Assembly: GCF_964355755.1 (NCBI RefSeq)
Contig: NC_092671.1
Coordinates: 17,050,001-17,114,000, forward strand
Reading direction: 5' to 3'
Length of the DNA stretch: 64,000 bases
Source: Antedon mediterranea
Lineage: Eukaryota; Animalia; Echinodermata
Shown here one piece after another: positions 51,691 through 64,000 of this stretch. Below the pieces are notes generated by a model. That model was not told where the DNA came from and ran no database searches. It saw nothing but the letters and a program-made list of their open reading frames with translations. The translations under genes were made by a program, and so were the position numbers. Positions within the stretch are counted from its first letter, which is position 1. Each line of letters starts with the position of its first letter.

Positions 51691-54569
51691 CCGTATATTT
51701 CGGTGTATAAGTCGCATCTGTGTATAAGACGCACCCCCTAACTGAGAGTAAAATATCGGTATTTTTTATATCATCGATGTATAAGACGCACCTTATAATT
51801 CATCAAAACAATGTTTTTTTAAATTGGACATAATCAATATTATTGTAATAATATATTTTGTTATATCTACAACGGCGTCCTTTATTTAGGTTTTTTCTTA
51901 CTTAGGCTCGGCCCGCTCAGCCTCAACAAGTTGTTTCTAACTTGTTATTCATGAGTTTGAATTCGCACCCGCAACATCGAGTGCATGACCGTGTGTGTAA
52001 CACGTACGTGTGTGGGCTAGCCTCGCTCGATCATTTCGAGAGGGCGCACGTTTTCACGGACAATCGTATTCGATTAGTTATGTATCCAAGAAGTGTGTAC
52101 GCTAGGTCCATGCTATAATCACCTGGAGAATATACTAGTCGAATACCGTACACCATGTGGCCGCCAAGAAGGGCTTGTGTTGGGGGTACGGCGGTCGGCG
52201 ATCGTGCGTATAACTACTGTATAAATAAATACTATTCCAATCGTACATAAACGTTTACAAATGAAATTTTATCGGAGCGCCTAAAACAGCTCCATAATGA
52301 ACAAATCTTTTCATCATATTTAGTATAACATCATGCTAAAATGCCTTGAAAACTACGCAGAAGCAGGTTGCCGTCAGGTTAGTTACTGTAGCTAGGCCTA
52401 GTCTACTCAGGCCTAGCAAACGAGGTGACGATAGGGAGGCCTAGGCCTATGTACAATCTGTGTGGTGAGGCATTTATGTTCGGTGCACCTTTAATTTAGA
52501 GGTCAAATTTGCGTATCAAAAGTGCGACTTATACTAGGTATCCCAATGAAAAAATTCAGATTAATTTGTTTACATTTTGTTTCAGTTAACCATAAAGAAC
52601 TTAATGTAATTAGCATTTTGCAATTTAAATGATTGAAATCCGATTACCCGTTCTAAAGTTATGGTTATTTAAAGTGGTAAAAAAATATACGATTTTTTGC
52701 CTAAAAATGGTGTTTTTTGCAGTTGAAATTGGAAGCATTTTTAAAAGGTTATAACTTTTACAATAATTAGTTAAAAGTTTTGAATTTTGTTAAACCTATA
52801 GATATCACAGAGTTGTACAACTCTATTTTTTTTGGAGCCTCAACGAAACCTATTTTTTAAATTATTGGTCCGCAAAGTGGTAGGAAAGCATTTAACGCCC
52901 ATTTTTGCTGGAATTCCCTAAAAAATGAAAAAACTGCAATTTTTCAATGATCTGTAACTTTTGAACTACTGTACTAATTCCTTTAATTTTTTTTGTACTT
53001 GTTAGAATGTAGTGTATATTTCATTAATAAATATATTTTAGATGTGTATATGAAAAAAAAAAATTTTTTTAATGGTGAAATTTAAAATTATAAAAAAAAA
53101 ATGAAAAAGTATGTTAAAAACGGTGTGTACTGTTTCCTTTCTTTTACACTAATTTTCGGTAAGTATAATTATTAGAATATTTTAATATACCTTATATTTA
53201 TAATTTCAATCATAAATACTATTATATATAACTTTTGAATATGTAAAACAAGATTTTAGGCCCATATGATTATGACACCAAATCTAAGCCGGGCTGCTAA
53301 GTAAGATATGCTCTTTTAAGGCAAACGCACAATATGGGTCAAAATAAACTCATTTAAAATAATCAATGTTAATTAAAACAATTAATTGTTTACCTGAATA
53401 GTATATATAACATTATAAAAATTGTTTTCTTTTCGTATTATTACGTTATTAAATTGAAATACGGAGCTAAAGTTTAGGCCAAGTCACGGCTTACTCGCGA
53501 TCAGTAGTCGCTCCCGTTAAAGTATTTCGGTCGCAGTTAATGACTTTCGGCCGCCGTATACAGAGTCAAATGTAACGTTGGTAAATTAGCTTAATAAATT
53601 TCCTCGGTACATTTTAACCTAACGCATTTGCATTGTATACTTGCATAATAAATCTTCCGCACATTACATCAATTTTAAGTTGTTAAATTAATGTGTAAAA
53701 CCAGATATTCTACGACGGAAAAGGACATGTCAATCTCCGACATCGCTGCTGTCACACATCTCGCGTCGAGCCGGTCGAACTCGAGCGAGGAAAACTAAAC
53801 AACGTGTTCAAAATATGGAACGTACCATTCGCTGATAGGGTGCATTAATGTATTTAACGGAAAACGCCACAACAAACACGCGCGTATTTTAGAGTACAAT
53901 ATTTTACTCACTACAATATTCACCGGATTATAATGGTTGGATCTTTAAAATTTTGAACGGGATTTACGCCTCATGCACCATTTTAAAATGTAGTTCGCAC
54001 AATTACCATGCACAATACGTTTGTAAACTATGTTTTATCGATTTCAATGTAGATTTAGCTATAATTTAATACCAAAATCCATAATATTTTTCCATAAACG
54101 GTGAATCAAAATTGGATTTTTGTCACAAAAATTGACTTTTCGTTACGAAAAACCTATTTATAGAAGACGATTTTCATATCAAATTAAAGCTTATTTAAAG
54201 CCTGATAACATACAACAAAAATTAATCCGCTAGCTCCAATGGTAATCGTGCGATCGTGTTTTGAAAACTGATGGGGATTTTCCGATGAGGTTTTCAACGC
54301 GCGGAAATCGGCTCGACGGGATTTTAGAACCGTTTTAAAATCGCATTTTCTCGGCAACTAATTCATTAATTTTAATTATAAACACACTTATACATAGATT
54401 AAAACAAGTACTTTCAAACAATATAAATTTTGTAAGTATTAATTAAGATTGAATACGATTTATTTAACATCAAAGTCATACTACTTTTTCGAATTTCGTC
54501 AATATTTCAAAAGTGATACCCCTCTGTGCGCTTTCATTGGGATACCTACTTATACACCGAAATATACTG
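51691..54569. mobile_element. pogo/Tigger-like non-autonomous element (about 0.86 kb) interrupted in its right TIR
   Basis: TA-CCGTATATTTCGGTGTATAAGTCGCA at the left end. The right TIR TGCGACTTATAC|ACCGAAATATACTG-TA is split between 52523-52534 and 54556-54569. Confidence 0.85.
52535..54548. mobile_element. 2.0-kb non-autonomous TIR element (hAT-like, 7-bp TSD) nested in the element above
   Basis: Perfect 17-bp TIR TAGGTATCCCAATGAAA ... TTTCATTGGGATACCTA, flanked by an exact CTTATAC duplication (52528-52534 and 54549-54555). No long ORF. Confidence 0.85.
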
Positions 54570-55073
54570 TATGTTTGTCTTTTGAACAGGATTTCCACCA
54601 TTGAAATAATGAATTCACTTTGTTTATGGTAAATATACTTTTATAAATATAAAATATATTTATATATGATGTATGACAGAGCACCTGTTTATTTTAATGG
54701 TACTGTTAAATATCTACAGTATACAGAAAAAGTTGAAACTACTGTAATATATACCAAAGGAGACCAGCAAGCAACAAATCTATAGTAGGTCTATTATGCA
54801 CTTGTCAATTGTATGACCCCTGGCAAACGTGTGTCATATGTCCGATGTGGGACATTCTTTTTAAATACAATGACGTCAAAACCATGATATGGTGGGTGGT
54901 AATTGACGGACATTGACACACCATGGATCATTGATGTGACGTATCGCGTCAATAATTGTTTGTAAATGACGCACCTCTCCCGGGAGTCGTATAGTGGTCA
55001 TACACTTGACAAGCGCATTATTACTACCAGATTTCTAGTTACCACATTATAGATATGTCTGACTGTAACTCAC

Positions 55074-55090
55074 CTGTTTGATGCCGCCAT
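55074..55090 (-). CDS. ICA1: ICA1 coding exon 1 (start codon; MAASN+AG)
   Basis: gacATGGCG context and donor AG|GTGAGT. Phase 2 matches the next exon. The exon probably begins at the acceptor tgtatag|55219. Confidence 0.75.
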
Positions 55091-55388
55091 GTCTTTGCCT
55101 ATTTCTACTGCTCTTTCTGGTTGTTGATTACGTAGCCTCTTGGGTAGGTCAAGTACTCTTGTCACTATATTCCTAGGCCTGCTGCTTACCTGTTGATAAT
55201 CAGCAGAATCTACACACCCCTATACAAATTAAAAACATGTATTTTTGATCAATAACACAGTATATAGGCCTACTTTACTGTTCTTTTCAAGATAATAGCT
55301 TTATTCTTGCTTTTGAGATTCAGTGGTAGCTCTAATAATTAAAGTATTTAAGAATGAAGAACATTTGCATGTTGAAGGCATGCAGGAA

Positions 55389-55480
55389 ATTTTATTCGGC
55401 CCTGAGACGATTCGGCCCGGGACGATTCGGCCTGGGGACGATTCGGCCCAGGACTATTCGGCCCGTGACGATTCGGCACA
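55389..55480 (+). repeat. Short tandem repeat gacgattcggccc(n), unit 15-16 bp, 5-6 copies
   Basis: Visible direct repeats. Probably subterminal repeats of a decayed DNA transposon (inference). Confidence 0.8.
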
Positions 55481-57542
55481 CTTAAATTTATCGGCTTTGA
55501 TATACATTTTATAAGCATAAAATAAGCTTTTTTCTTTAACTTTAATTTCAGAGAGACGATTTTTATTTTTTATACCGGTCCCATTAGATTCGACTTAGGC
55601 GGAGTCGACTGTATATGTAAAATAAGGATGTAATTAATAGTAATTTTATTTTCACTACATTTTGGTCATTGGATAAAAGCCTAGTGCAGTCAAACTATTA
55701 TAAATATATCAAAACATTTTATACTAAATTTTAATAACTAAAAACCCAAAAATAAAGTAAGTGTGGACAGACACTTTCCGCATAAACTTATTTAAATATA
55801 TTTCCTTGTACTTACCGCCATATGCAAACTTAATTTAAACTATTTATGTGGAAACTATACACTAGTGTATGCAGTTAAATTAGATATAAATAAAAACTAT
55901 CTACATCCAAGATTCACCTGAGTAACTTTCAATAAAGGAGTTATTAGCACTGTTGACCCAAGGACATTGTAAAAAAATATAATTGTAAAAAAGGGTCTTA
56001 AAGTTTACAGCTATATAAATATAAGTTTTAAGAACCAAAGAAAAGGTTCTATTAAGGTCATCCAAACTATTGTGGTTGTTGAATCAAAGTTTAAACCACA
56101 AATCAGTATAAGAGCATGGGACACGGACAGGCTGGAAAGAGATAATAGGATTTTGTGTGCACAGTACAACCACTTTTGAAATGTTGTTGAAGATGTATCT
56201 GGACTCTGGATACATTATTTTGAATAATTATATAGAAAAATCTCCCAATACCGACTCTCTGAAAACCAGAAACTCTCCCAAAACCTTTCTATTACCATTA
56301 AAAACACATTTCAAATATCAGAATTTACGGAAAACAAAACACAGGACGACATAAAGGTGTCTGGTATTAGGAGAGTTGTAAATGTATTTCTTAATAGTAC
56401 TAAATCATATCAACTGGTCAGCAATGTTGTAGAGACAAACGGATAGGACACATTATTATAAAATGCTACAAATGCAATTCTAGCCTATTTAAATGCATTG
56501 TTTATTTTTTTTATATATTACACCTTTCTAGACAATTTTATTTATAAAACACATATCACTTTATTTAAACACCCCAAATGTGTAACAGAACGAATATTAT
56601 GGAATCTTCGCATAAGCAAATTACAGTAGGTCAAAGTTAAAACTCATAATGTAAATTATTATACTGTAGGCCAGTATTTTTTAGTATTACAGCAATATGG
56701 TATCTAAACACAGGCAAACTTACATAATTTAGACACTGGATTAACTGTGGATTAAGATTAGTTTACAAGCATGCATGCAGTATACAGCTTACGTTGTTTC
56801 AAGTTTTCTATTTGAATGATTTTCTGTTGAGCATAAATTCGTTTACAATTTACGATTCGAATAGAAAAAGTACTCAGCAAATATTTATGTTGATTACAAA
56901 AGTTCGCAATCGAATACAACAAAAAGGGTCAATAAATGAGATTGCAACGATCTACTAAAATGTATGCTTTAAGTGTTGTAAATTGGAAAAAATAACAAAT
57001 CATATTCCAATAAATTATCAAAAATTCAGACAGTTCCTGGACTTGCAGTTAGAGAACAGACATCAATCAAACTTTGATCAAATTTAACCTCTAAAAAATA
57101 GATTGCTATCAGTCATAATTGTGAGTAAACCTGGCCTAGCCTAGTCGAACTCTTGTTCAATAAAAATCATTAAAAAAATAAAAGAAGCAAGACAAAACAA
57201 ATCATGTGTGGAATAACCAGCCAGGGGAACTGACCGCGTTTATGATATGAGTTAGTAGCTAATTAAAAGGATTGAGCTTAAACCTATGCCTGCCCCTCAC
57301 CAGTTTTTCTAGGCTAGCTAGGCCTACTGTCAGCCTTTATGCTATTATTATAGGGCTAGAATAGATAGCAGCTAAAGGTGGCCGGAGAAGGCTGGGCTAC
57401 GCCTACGCCTTTTCCGCGAAGTAAGAGTTGGCCTAGGCTAGGCCTAGTTATTAGAAAGATATATTAAAATCTTTTATTTAAGATTTTTATTTTACTTTAC
57501 GTATAAACAACTACATTATATTGAGATAAAAAGACAAAATAC

Positions 57543-57595
57543 CTGCCTTTTTTAACTGTTTTTATAAATTAAATCGCCATGTTTGATTACGTCTC
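57543..57595 (-). other. ICA1: Probable non-coding first exon of ICA1
   Basis: Minus strand reads aatcaaacATGGCGatttaa...aaggcag|gtattt in a CpG-retaining region. The YY1-like AACATGGCG motif is typical of housekeeping 5' ends. The 5' limit is estimated. Confidence 0.5.
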
Positions 57596-57657
57596 AATAA
57601 AAATTACAAAGGATCTGTTGGAAGTTGTTGTTATAGAGGGCGCACAGTCAAATAAAC

Positions 57658-59477
57658 GGTGACTACTTCTTCGCATGCAGCTAAAGTAAAATGACGTCAC
57701 GTTAAAGCGTGTCGTCACAGAGTCTCATGCATATGCAAAAGAATGTTTTGTCTCTGCTTCTTGTGCGCTCATCATGATTTTACAAAATGTTTTCAGAGTG
57801 ATATTAATGATGGTGCGATGGTGGTACAGAAAATAATCCGATATTGTTCCTGATAACAAAGAAGCAGATTAAATATAGTTGTTTATTCGACCCATTTGGC
57901 TTAGACGCCTAGGCCTAGACAGACTTTCTATGATACCTACTCCAGGCCCGTAGCCAGGGGGAGTTTTTATGGTTCAGGCGAAACCCCACCTTTAGTTTTC
58001 CAACTGCGAACCCCCATCCCCGACATGCCCAATACCTCACCCTCATCTCCAAAAATCCTCCAAATACGTGCCCCACAGTACAAAAAGTTGTTTGTAAATT
58101 GAAAAATTCGTAAACTTGTTCGTGAACCTTCTTCTCTGTACGTATGAGCGCGTCAACTAGTGATACGTGTCTGTAAATTTCTAAAAGCTGCAAATGAATT
58201 GCCGATTTTAACCTGAAAAATAAATGTTTGGTCCCTGCATGTAACATGATATTGACGCGTCTCATAGCGAGCTGGCGCACGAACGATTCGTACAAAGACA
58301 CCGCCAGACAACTGCGTATACCTATTGTTTAGATCACTGGCAGTCAGGCAGCATATGCGCTGCATAAAGTATATAGCCTTCCGACGTACATCAGTATTTA
58401 TGTGTGACTATGAAGTATAATGTATCATAGAGGATTATAGTGAATATTAATATTTTACACTATAATATCTATGGTATCAAGTACTGTAGTTCACATTATG
58501 GCATCCGATTATTTTTTTCTAGACCACCAGCCGATACGTACTAAAATGTATCAATATCACCTATTTACATATTTATATTCCTCAACAAATTGCTGTAAAT
58601 AAATATTATAGATAGAGCTAGCAAATAGCATTTGCCTTCACCCAGTGTGCTTTTTTCGGGGCGGCTCCTAGATATACGTTCGCATTGAACTTGAACGCAA
58701 AACAAAATACGGAGTAAATGATCAAACAATCGGCGGTTCCGCACAGAGCACGCGCATCTAACATACGGCAACAAATAGTTATCGTCATTTAAATTATCGA
58801 CGTGTTTGAGGAGGAGGAAAAAAGTACGATCTTTTTGCTCATTGGTTATATAGCATGCTGCACTAGTGTCTTTCCGGCCATCTAGGGGTGTCTTTCCGGC
58901 CATCTAGGGGTGTCATTTAACAAAATTCGCTTCGCATCAGGCTGGGGGAGGGGGGGGGGGGGGGGTTGACCCAAATATTTAGTGTCCGAACCCCACCTTG
59001 ACAGATCCTGGCTACGGCCCTCCACTCATTAGCGGCCTAACTGGGGGCCTAACTAAATTAAAATACAGTATACACTGCCCACCGCGTGGCATCGTGCAGA
59101 TGTACACTTCTAGCTAACTTCCCACCCACCCTAGCTCTCAGGTATGCACTGCGCTGCCACTACAGTAGGAGGCCTAGGCCTAGCCTATTTCGGGTCTCAT
59201 GTCTTGCAGCATTTGAAAATACGTGACTAATATTGTACATTATTATTATTTTTTATTCGCACTGGAAGTATATAGGCTCTCCTGTCATGTTAAAATTAAA
59301 GTATATTATTTATTATCCACAGCAGTGAAAACAATTATTATTTTTCGATAAATCTCGCGTCGCGTGTGTGAAAAAACTCTCAGCAAGTTTGCTTCATTAA
59401 ATATGCATGAGACTCTGTGACGACCCACTTTAACGTGACGTCATTTTACTTTAGCTGCATGCGAAGAAGTAGTCACC
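57658..59477. mobile_element. Mutator-like (MULE) non-autonomous element, 1.82 kb
   Basis: Near-perfect TIRs of about 77 bp (GGTGACTACTTCTTCGCATGCAGCTAAAGTAAAATGACGTCACGTTAAAG...) and an exact 9-bp TSD CAAATAAAC (57649-57657 and 59478-59486). Confidence 0.88.
57943..59022. mobile_element. hAT-like element nested within the MULE
   Basis: CAGGCCCGTAGCCAGG ... CCTGGCTACGGCCCTC inverted termini and repeated gaacccc motifs. The TSD is not clean. Confidence 0.6.
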
Positions 59478-60984
59478 CAAATAAACATAAACGTGACATG
59501 ATAAAATAATGTCATATAATTCGTCTATTAATAGATATCTATTCTTCACCGATCTTACAATTAAATTTACTTTACAATATTTTCCTAATTAATAACTGCA
59601 TATTTTGAAATTAGTTCATCAGTACCGTAGGCCCTATAGTTCAACTTAAACCAGTATATGAAATCAATCCTTCTTCTAATTATTAACTTCATGGCGTGGA
59701 ACGAGAGGATAAATAATTGAAAATACAAAGCAAAAAAGCCAAAAAACCTTGGTGCGGAAATTAAATGTATATTTAAGATAGAAATTGTAAAGTCTCAAAC
59801 CTCATTGATTATTCAATTTGGAAGATGATCGATTATATTTGTATGTATATATTTTAATAATTATTGTTTCTTTTTATTTGGGTTTGCTATCTTCAATCAA
59901 ATTTCTCAAACGGAAATATCTCACTCTTGACATACCTGCAGACAAGATATTTCGTGAAAGACGACGAGACGCACGAAAATACGTTTTTGTATTCCTTAAA
60001 AAAGTGAAAGTGTGTACCTCGTGCAGATAATGGACCAAGCGCAACACCAATAGAAAGCGTGTATTCGTCTTAAAAGATTAAAAGTTATATTAGCTAAGTT
60101 CACTTGAAATGCATTCATTGGACATCCTTCAAACTTTCTGAAAATAATAACTTGGTGTCATTGCGATATTTTGGTACTAATGGCGATGATAATGAACACA
60201 ATGAAACACTCAAAACATGTATTTGATATTTAATTCTTTCCCAATATAGTGCTCAGTCAACAATTAAAACAGCATTGAAAGAGAAATATGAGAATACATA
60301 ATTATTACAAAAAAGTACCTTATACACTGTACATGCTTATTTCACACAGTAATTTGCACTGAAATATTTGAAATAACAAAACTGTTTTTTATACTGTCAT
60401 ATGTATATTTTATGTACATTAGTTTTACAAAAAATCAAAGACAAAATATGTATAACAATTTTTACATAACTGTAAAATACTATAAGGTAGGCACATACAA
60501 TGGCATTTGGCCAAAATCAAAACTATATACAATACTACGCGTAATCATCAAACATATTTAGATACTCTTTGAGAAAAAAAAATGTAAAAAATAAATTTAA
60601 ATTTTACAATCAATACCTTGTAAAAATAAACAATATAATTTGTTGAATTATTTAAATTCTTTTTAACTAGCTTTATATACTGTTTCTACTAATACCATGA
60701 TGGCAATCTGTAATCAAGTATGATTATGGAATAGAACACACGATAACAAAACAAATTGTGCTAAGCAATTCAAAACATTTGGGGTGGAATAGGAAGATCA
60801 AAATAATTATTAAGATTGGAGGTTGAATTGGGACTAAAATTATGAATATCATGGAAACATGGATCACAAAGAAAATACTATGGACCTATAAATGGACCTA
60901 ATAATTTATAGATCCATGAAAATACAATGCATTACCTTTCTTCCGCATTCTTCTATTTAAGGCAAGATAAAACTATATCAGATT

Positions 60985-61505
60985 ATAGGGAAAGGAGAGG
61001 GAAACAGGGAGGGAAAGGGGGAGGGATATGTAAGAGGAGGGGAAGGGAAAGAGAAGGGAAGAGGAGGAAAGGGGAGGTGAAGAAAAAGAGAAGGGAAGAG
61101 GAGAAAAGGGGAGGTGAAGGGAAAGAGAAGGGAAGAGGAGGAAAGGGGAGGTGAAGAGAAAGAGAAGGGAAGAGGAGAAAAGGGGAGGTGAAGGGAAAGA
61201 GAAGGGAAGAGGAGGTGAAGGGAAAGAGAAGGGAAGAGGAGGAAAGGGGAGGTGAAGGGAAAGAGAAGGAAAGAGGAGGAAAGGGGAGGTGAAGAGAAAG
61301 AGAAGGGAAGAGGAGAAAAGGGGAGGTGAAGGGAAAGAGAAGGGAAGAGGAGGAAAGGGGAGGTGAAGGGAAAGAGAAGGGAGAGGAGGAAAGAGGAGGT
61401 GAAAAAAAAAGAGAAGGGAAGAGGAGAAAAGGGGAGGTGAAGGGAAAGAGAAGAGAAGAGGAGGAAAAGGAAGGGGGAGTTGAAGGGAAAGAGAAGGAGA
61501 GGGAA
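60985..61505. repeat. Polypurine/polypyrimidine minisatellite, unit about 37 bp
   Basis: gggaaagagaagggaagaggaggaaaggggaggtgaa is repeated with variants. The + strand is almost purely A/G. Confidence 0.95.
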
Positions 61506-61930
61506 AATGCAATTTTTTTTTCTCAAAGTATTTGGATCATAATCTAAATATGATATGATAATCAAATATGCATAAATCATTTTAATTTCTACTTAATAAG
61601 GATTTTGTAAAATCAATATTTATTTTAACTACTATCAAATATCTTGTATTAATGTTAAAAAAATTAGTTAATGTTATTTAATGTAAATAATTGATTTAAT
61701 AGTTAATTGTGCAAATCAAATATGCACGTACATTTAATCATAAACATTAAAAACATTTAGTTAAGCAATATCAATTAAAAAAGTGAATAATTTATGGAAG
61801 AACCTTTGCAATTTTTTTTAGTTTTGTTCTTTTTGTATAGTATCTACTACATTTAAATGTACTACATGAATGTAAAACATTAATTTAAAAGCATTAAAAT
61901 ACATATAAAGCAATTGAATCAAATATTTAA

Positions 61931-62201
61931 AGATGTATTGTCCCTCTAAACATGAACAAATAAAGATGTATAAAATAAAACAACGTTGTAGTTTTAATCA
62001 AGTTATTCACTTCTTTAAAAAAATGATTTTGCTTATAAAAGGACAAAATAAAATTTAACCAAAATCACATTTATTTTCGGTTGACCAATACACTTTTTGG
62101 TGAAAGTGAATAACTATTATTACATTAAATTACATACATTAAAATGGCCTATTCAACAAAAACATTTTTACAAAATTATTTTTCAGTGGGACAATATATC
62201 T
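61931..62201. mobile_element. Kolobok-like MITE, copy 4
   Basis: TTAA-AGATGTATTGTCCC ... GGGACAATATATCT-TTAA with internal similarity to 518-865. Confidence 0.75.
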
Positions 62202-64000
62202 TTAAGATGTGGGTTATACATTTACATATTTACAAAATTGCACTCTTTAATATTATTTACAAAAATTATGATGGGGACCACGAGACAAAAATAATTTGAT
62301 GGAAATTGTTTCTAGAATAATAAAACATTTAAAAATCAATATTTTAAAATAATGATAAATTATTAAATGTACATAAGCACCAATTGTTTTATTCAGTCAA
62401 TAATAAACATGTGAGAAAAATTCCCATTATTTTATAAATGTTATTTCTAGTAATTCTATTATTTTTGTTCAATTTGAAAATGTTCCAAGAGAATCTAAAA
62501 AATCTAATTGTCTTATGTTATATATATCATAATTACTTATAACACTTATACGCATATTATCAGCTTGTATGGCGCAATTGTCTGGACTTCAGGTTGTAAA
62601 GCTGAAGTGCTAGGTTTGAATCCCATAAAATCTTGTGGTTTTTTTTTATAGTTGAGACAGATTATTTAGAGGTTTAGGTTAAATATATTTAGGAAGTAGG
62701 TCGGTTATTTATGATTTTTGCCTGAGATGTCAAGGAACACAAATTTTGTGACCAGCCTTGGGTTAATATGTGAATTTTTGTATGAGAGGTATCACATCCC
62801 CAAACTTGCGTCTGTGTGTATGTTGAGAATAATGCATCATGGGTCACAGCTAATTTAGGTCGTGATCTACAAACGTTGCAGAATGAGCATTTAGTTTCAA
62901 TTCAAGAGTGATAAAAACACCATTGTTTTATAGTCCGATGAACAACAACATGACCTCATAATAAAGAGGTCTGATAAATATTTAAATCCTTGACTATAAA
63001 ATATGTATGACCACTTAGTCTTTGCCTTTTAGTGCAAGTTAATAAGTATAAATATTGCAAAACTTACATACAAAAATGACATAAAAACAATTTTTGTTTG
63101 CATTATTAAAAGCAGTAACATATGATATATCATCTATTTTGCACAGTAAAAGAAAATTGTGTAAAAAAGCAAGTTAAAATTATCTTTAAAATAATACTTG
63201 TTTTTAATACAATATTCAATTATTGAAAGATTGAATACAATTTATACTAAATCAATTATTCAGAATTTTAGTTAAATATTTTTTATTTGAAAAAAAAATT
63301 GTAATCATTTAGATATGATGTCTTTAATAATTGTAACTGTTCAATTTTTAAAGAGGTGGTTTTTTAATTGAAATACAAACCTTTTAAATGTTAAAAAACA
63401 CCCCTTGAAAATAATAGAACTGCCTCTCTTTATCTCACGAATGTCCCTGCATTGATACACACACATTTATTTGATGGGCGTTTAAAAAAATTTAACCAGA
63501 AAATACAATTATATATGTATAAACTATATACAAACAAAGTGTGCTAGTAATGTAATGTCTATTTCATAATCAATATAAAATTGCTTTTTTTTTTCAAATA
63601 TTACAAATACAATTTACAATGATGGCAAACCACAAGCATTTAAACATAAAAATATATGAAAGTTTTGTTATACAGTATTAGTAAATATTGAAAAATATAC
63701 ATATTTTTTTACAGTGATGCAAATCTTGCAATATTAGACCAAGGATGTCTGCATTTTATTTTAACATTTATAATTTATAATAATGAATTACACATACAAA
63801 AATACCCTAAATAAATAATATAGCATTGATAGAAAAAACAAATGGCAAATTGTGAGCATTACACAGGTCTTCTATTTGTTCAATTCAACCTACTGTATAT
63901 TGTTAAAAAGTATATTGTAAATTTTACTAAAATAAAACAACATTTTGATGGAAAATAATAATAATAATAATAATCATACATCTTCTCAATGTGTTTGTTC

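Noticed and set aside
57915-58903. 128-aa, 70-aa and 112-aa ORFs inside the MULE/hAT nest
   Set aside because: No transposase or other recognisable motifs. The GC-richer TE interior explains the open frames.
60927-61580. 179-200-aa Pro/Phe/Ser-rich and Glu/Gly/Lys-rich ORFs
   Set aside because: Translations of a purine-rich tandem repeat.
62563-62648. tRNA gene (A-box tggcgcaattg, B-box ggtttgaatcc, T-run)
   Set aside because: I could not build a convincing cloverleaf or acceptor stem. More likely a decayed SINE head; tRNAscan-SE would decide.

Overview
AT-rich, intron-rich animal genomic DNA. It is probably from an invertebrate deuterostome such as an echinoderm; this is inferred from the Deu/Nin-domain SINEs and the TE repertoire, not proven. 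Two genes are supported, both on the minus strand. (1) A complete ICA1/ICA69 (islet cell autoantigen 1, arfaptin-type BAR domain) gene, reconstructed by hand from 11 GT-AG coding exons with matching phases (55090 down to 32764, 1848 nt, 615 aa), plus a probable non-coding first exon near 57.55 kb. (2) A 68-aa secreted precursor (3141-3347) with a signal peptide followed directly by GNFYQKHRNRNY-GR. It looks like a neuropeptide precursor that I cannot assign to a known family, and it has a probable TATA-driven non-coding first exon at about 8.65 kb. The rest is a mosaic of non-autonomous DNA transposons (Kolobok-, Harbinger-, pogo/Tigger-, hAT-, P-, MULE-like, and a decayed Academ), LINE fragments, three SINE types including a 5S rRNA-headed SINE, and minisatellites. 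Most ORFs in the supplied track are spurious. The best leads are the unassigned amidated peptide and candidate Rbfox-regulated micro-exons in ICA1, one of which would stop translation right after the BAR domain. All coordinates were read by eye and no searches were run.
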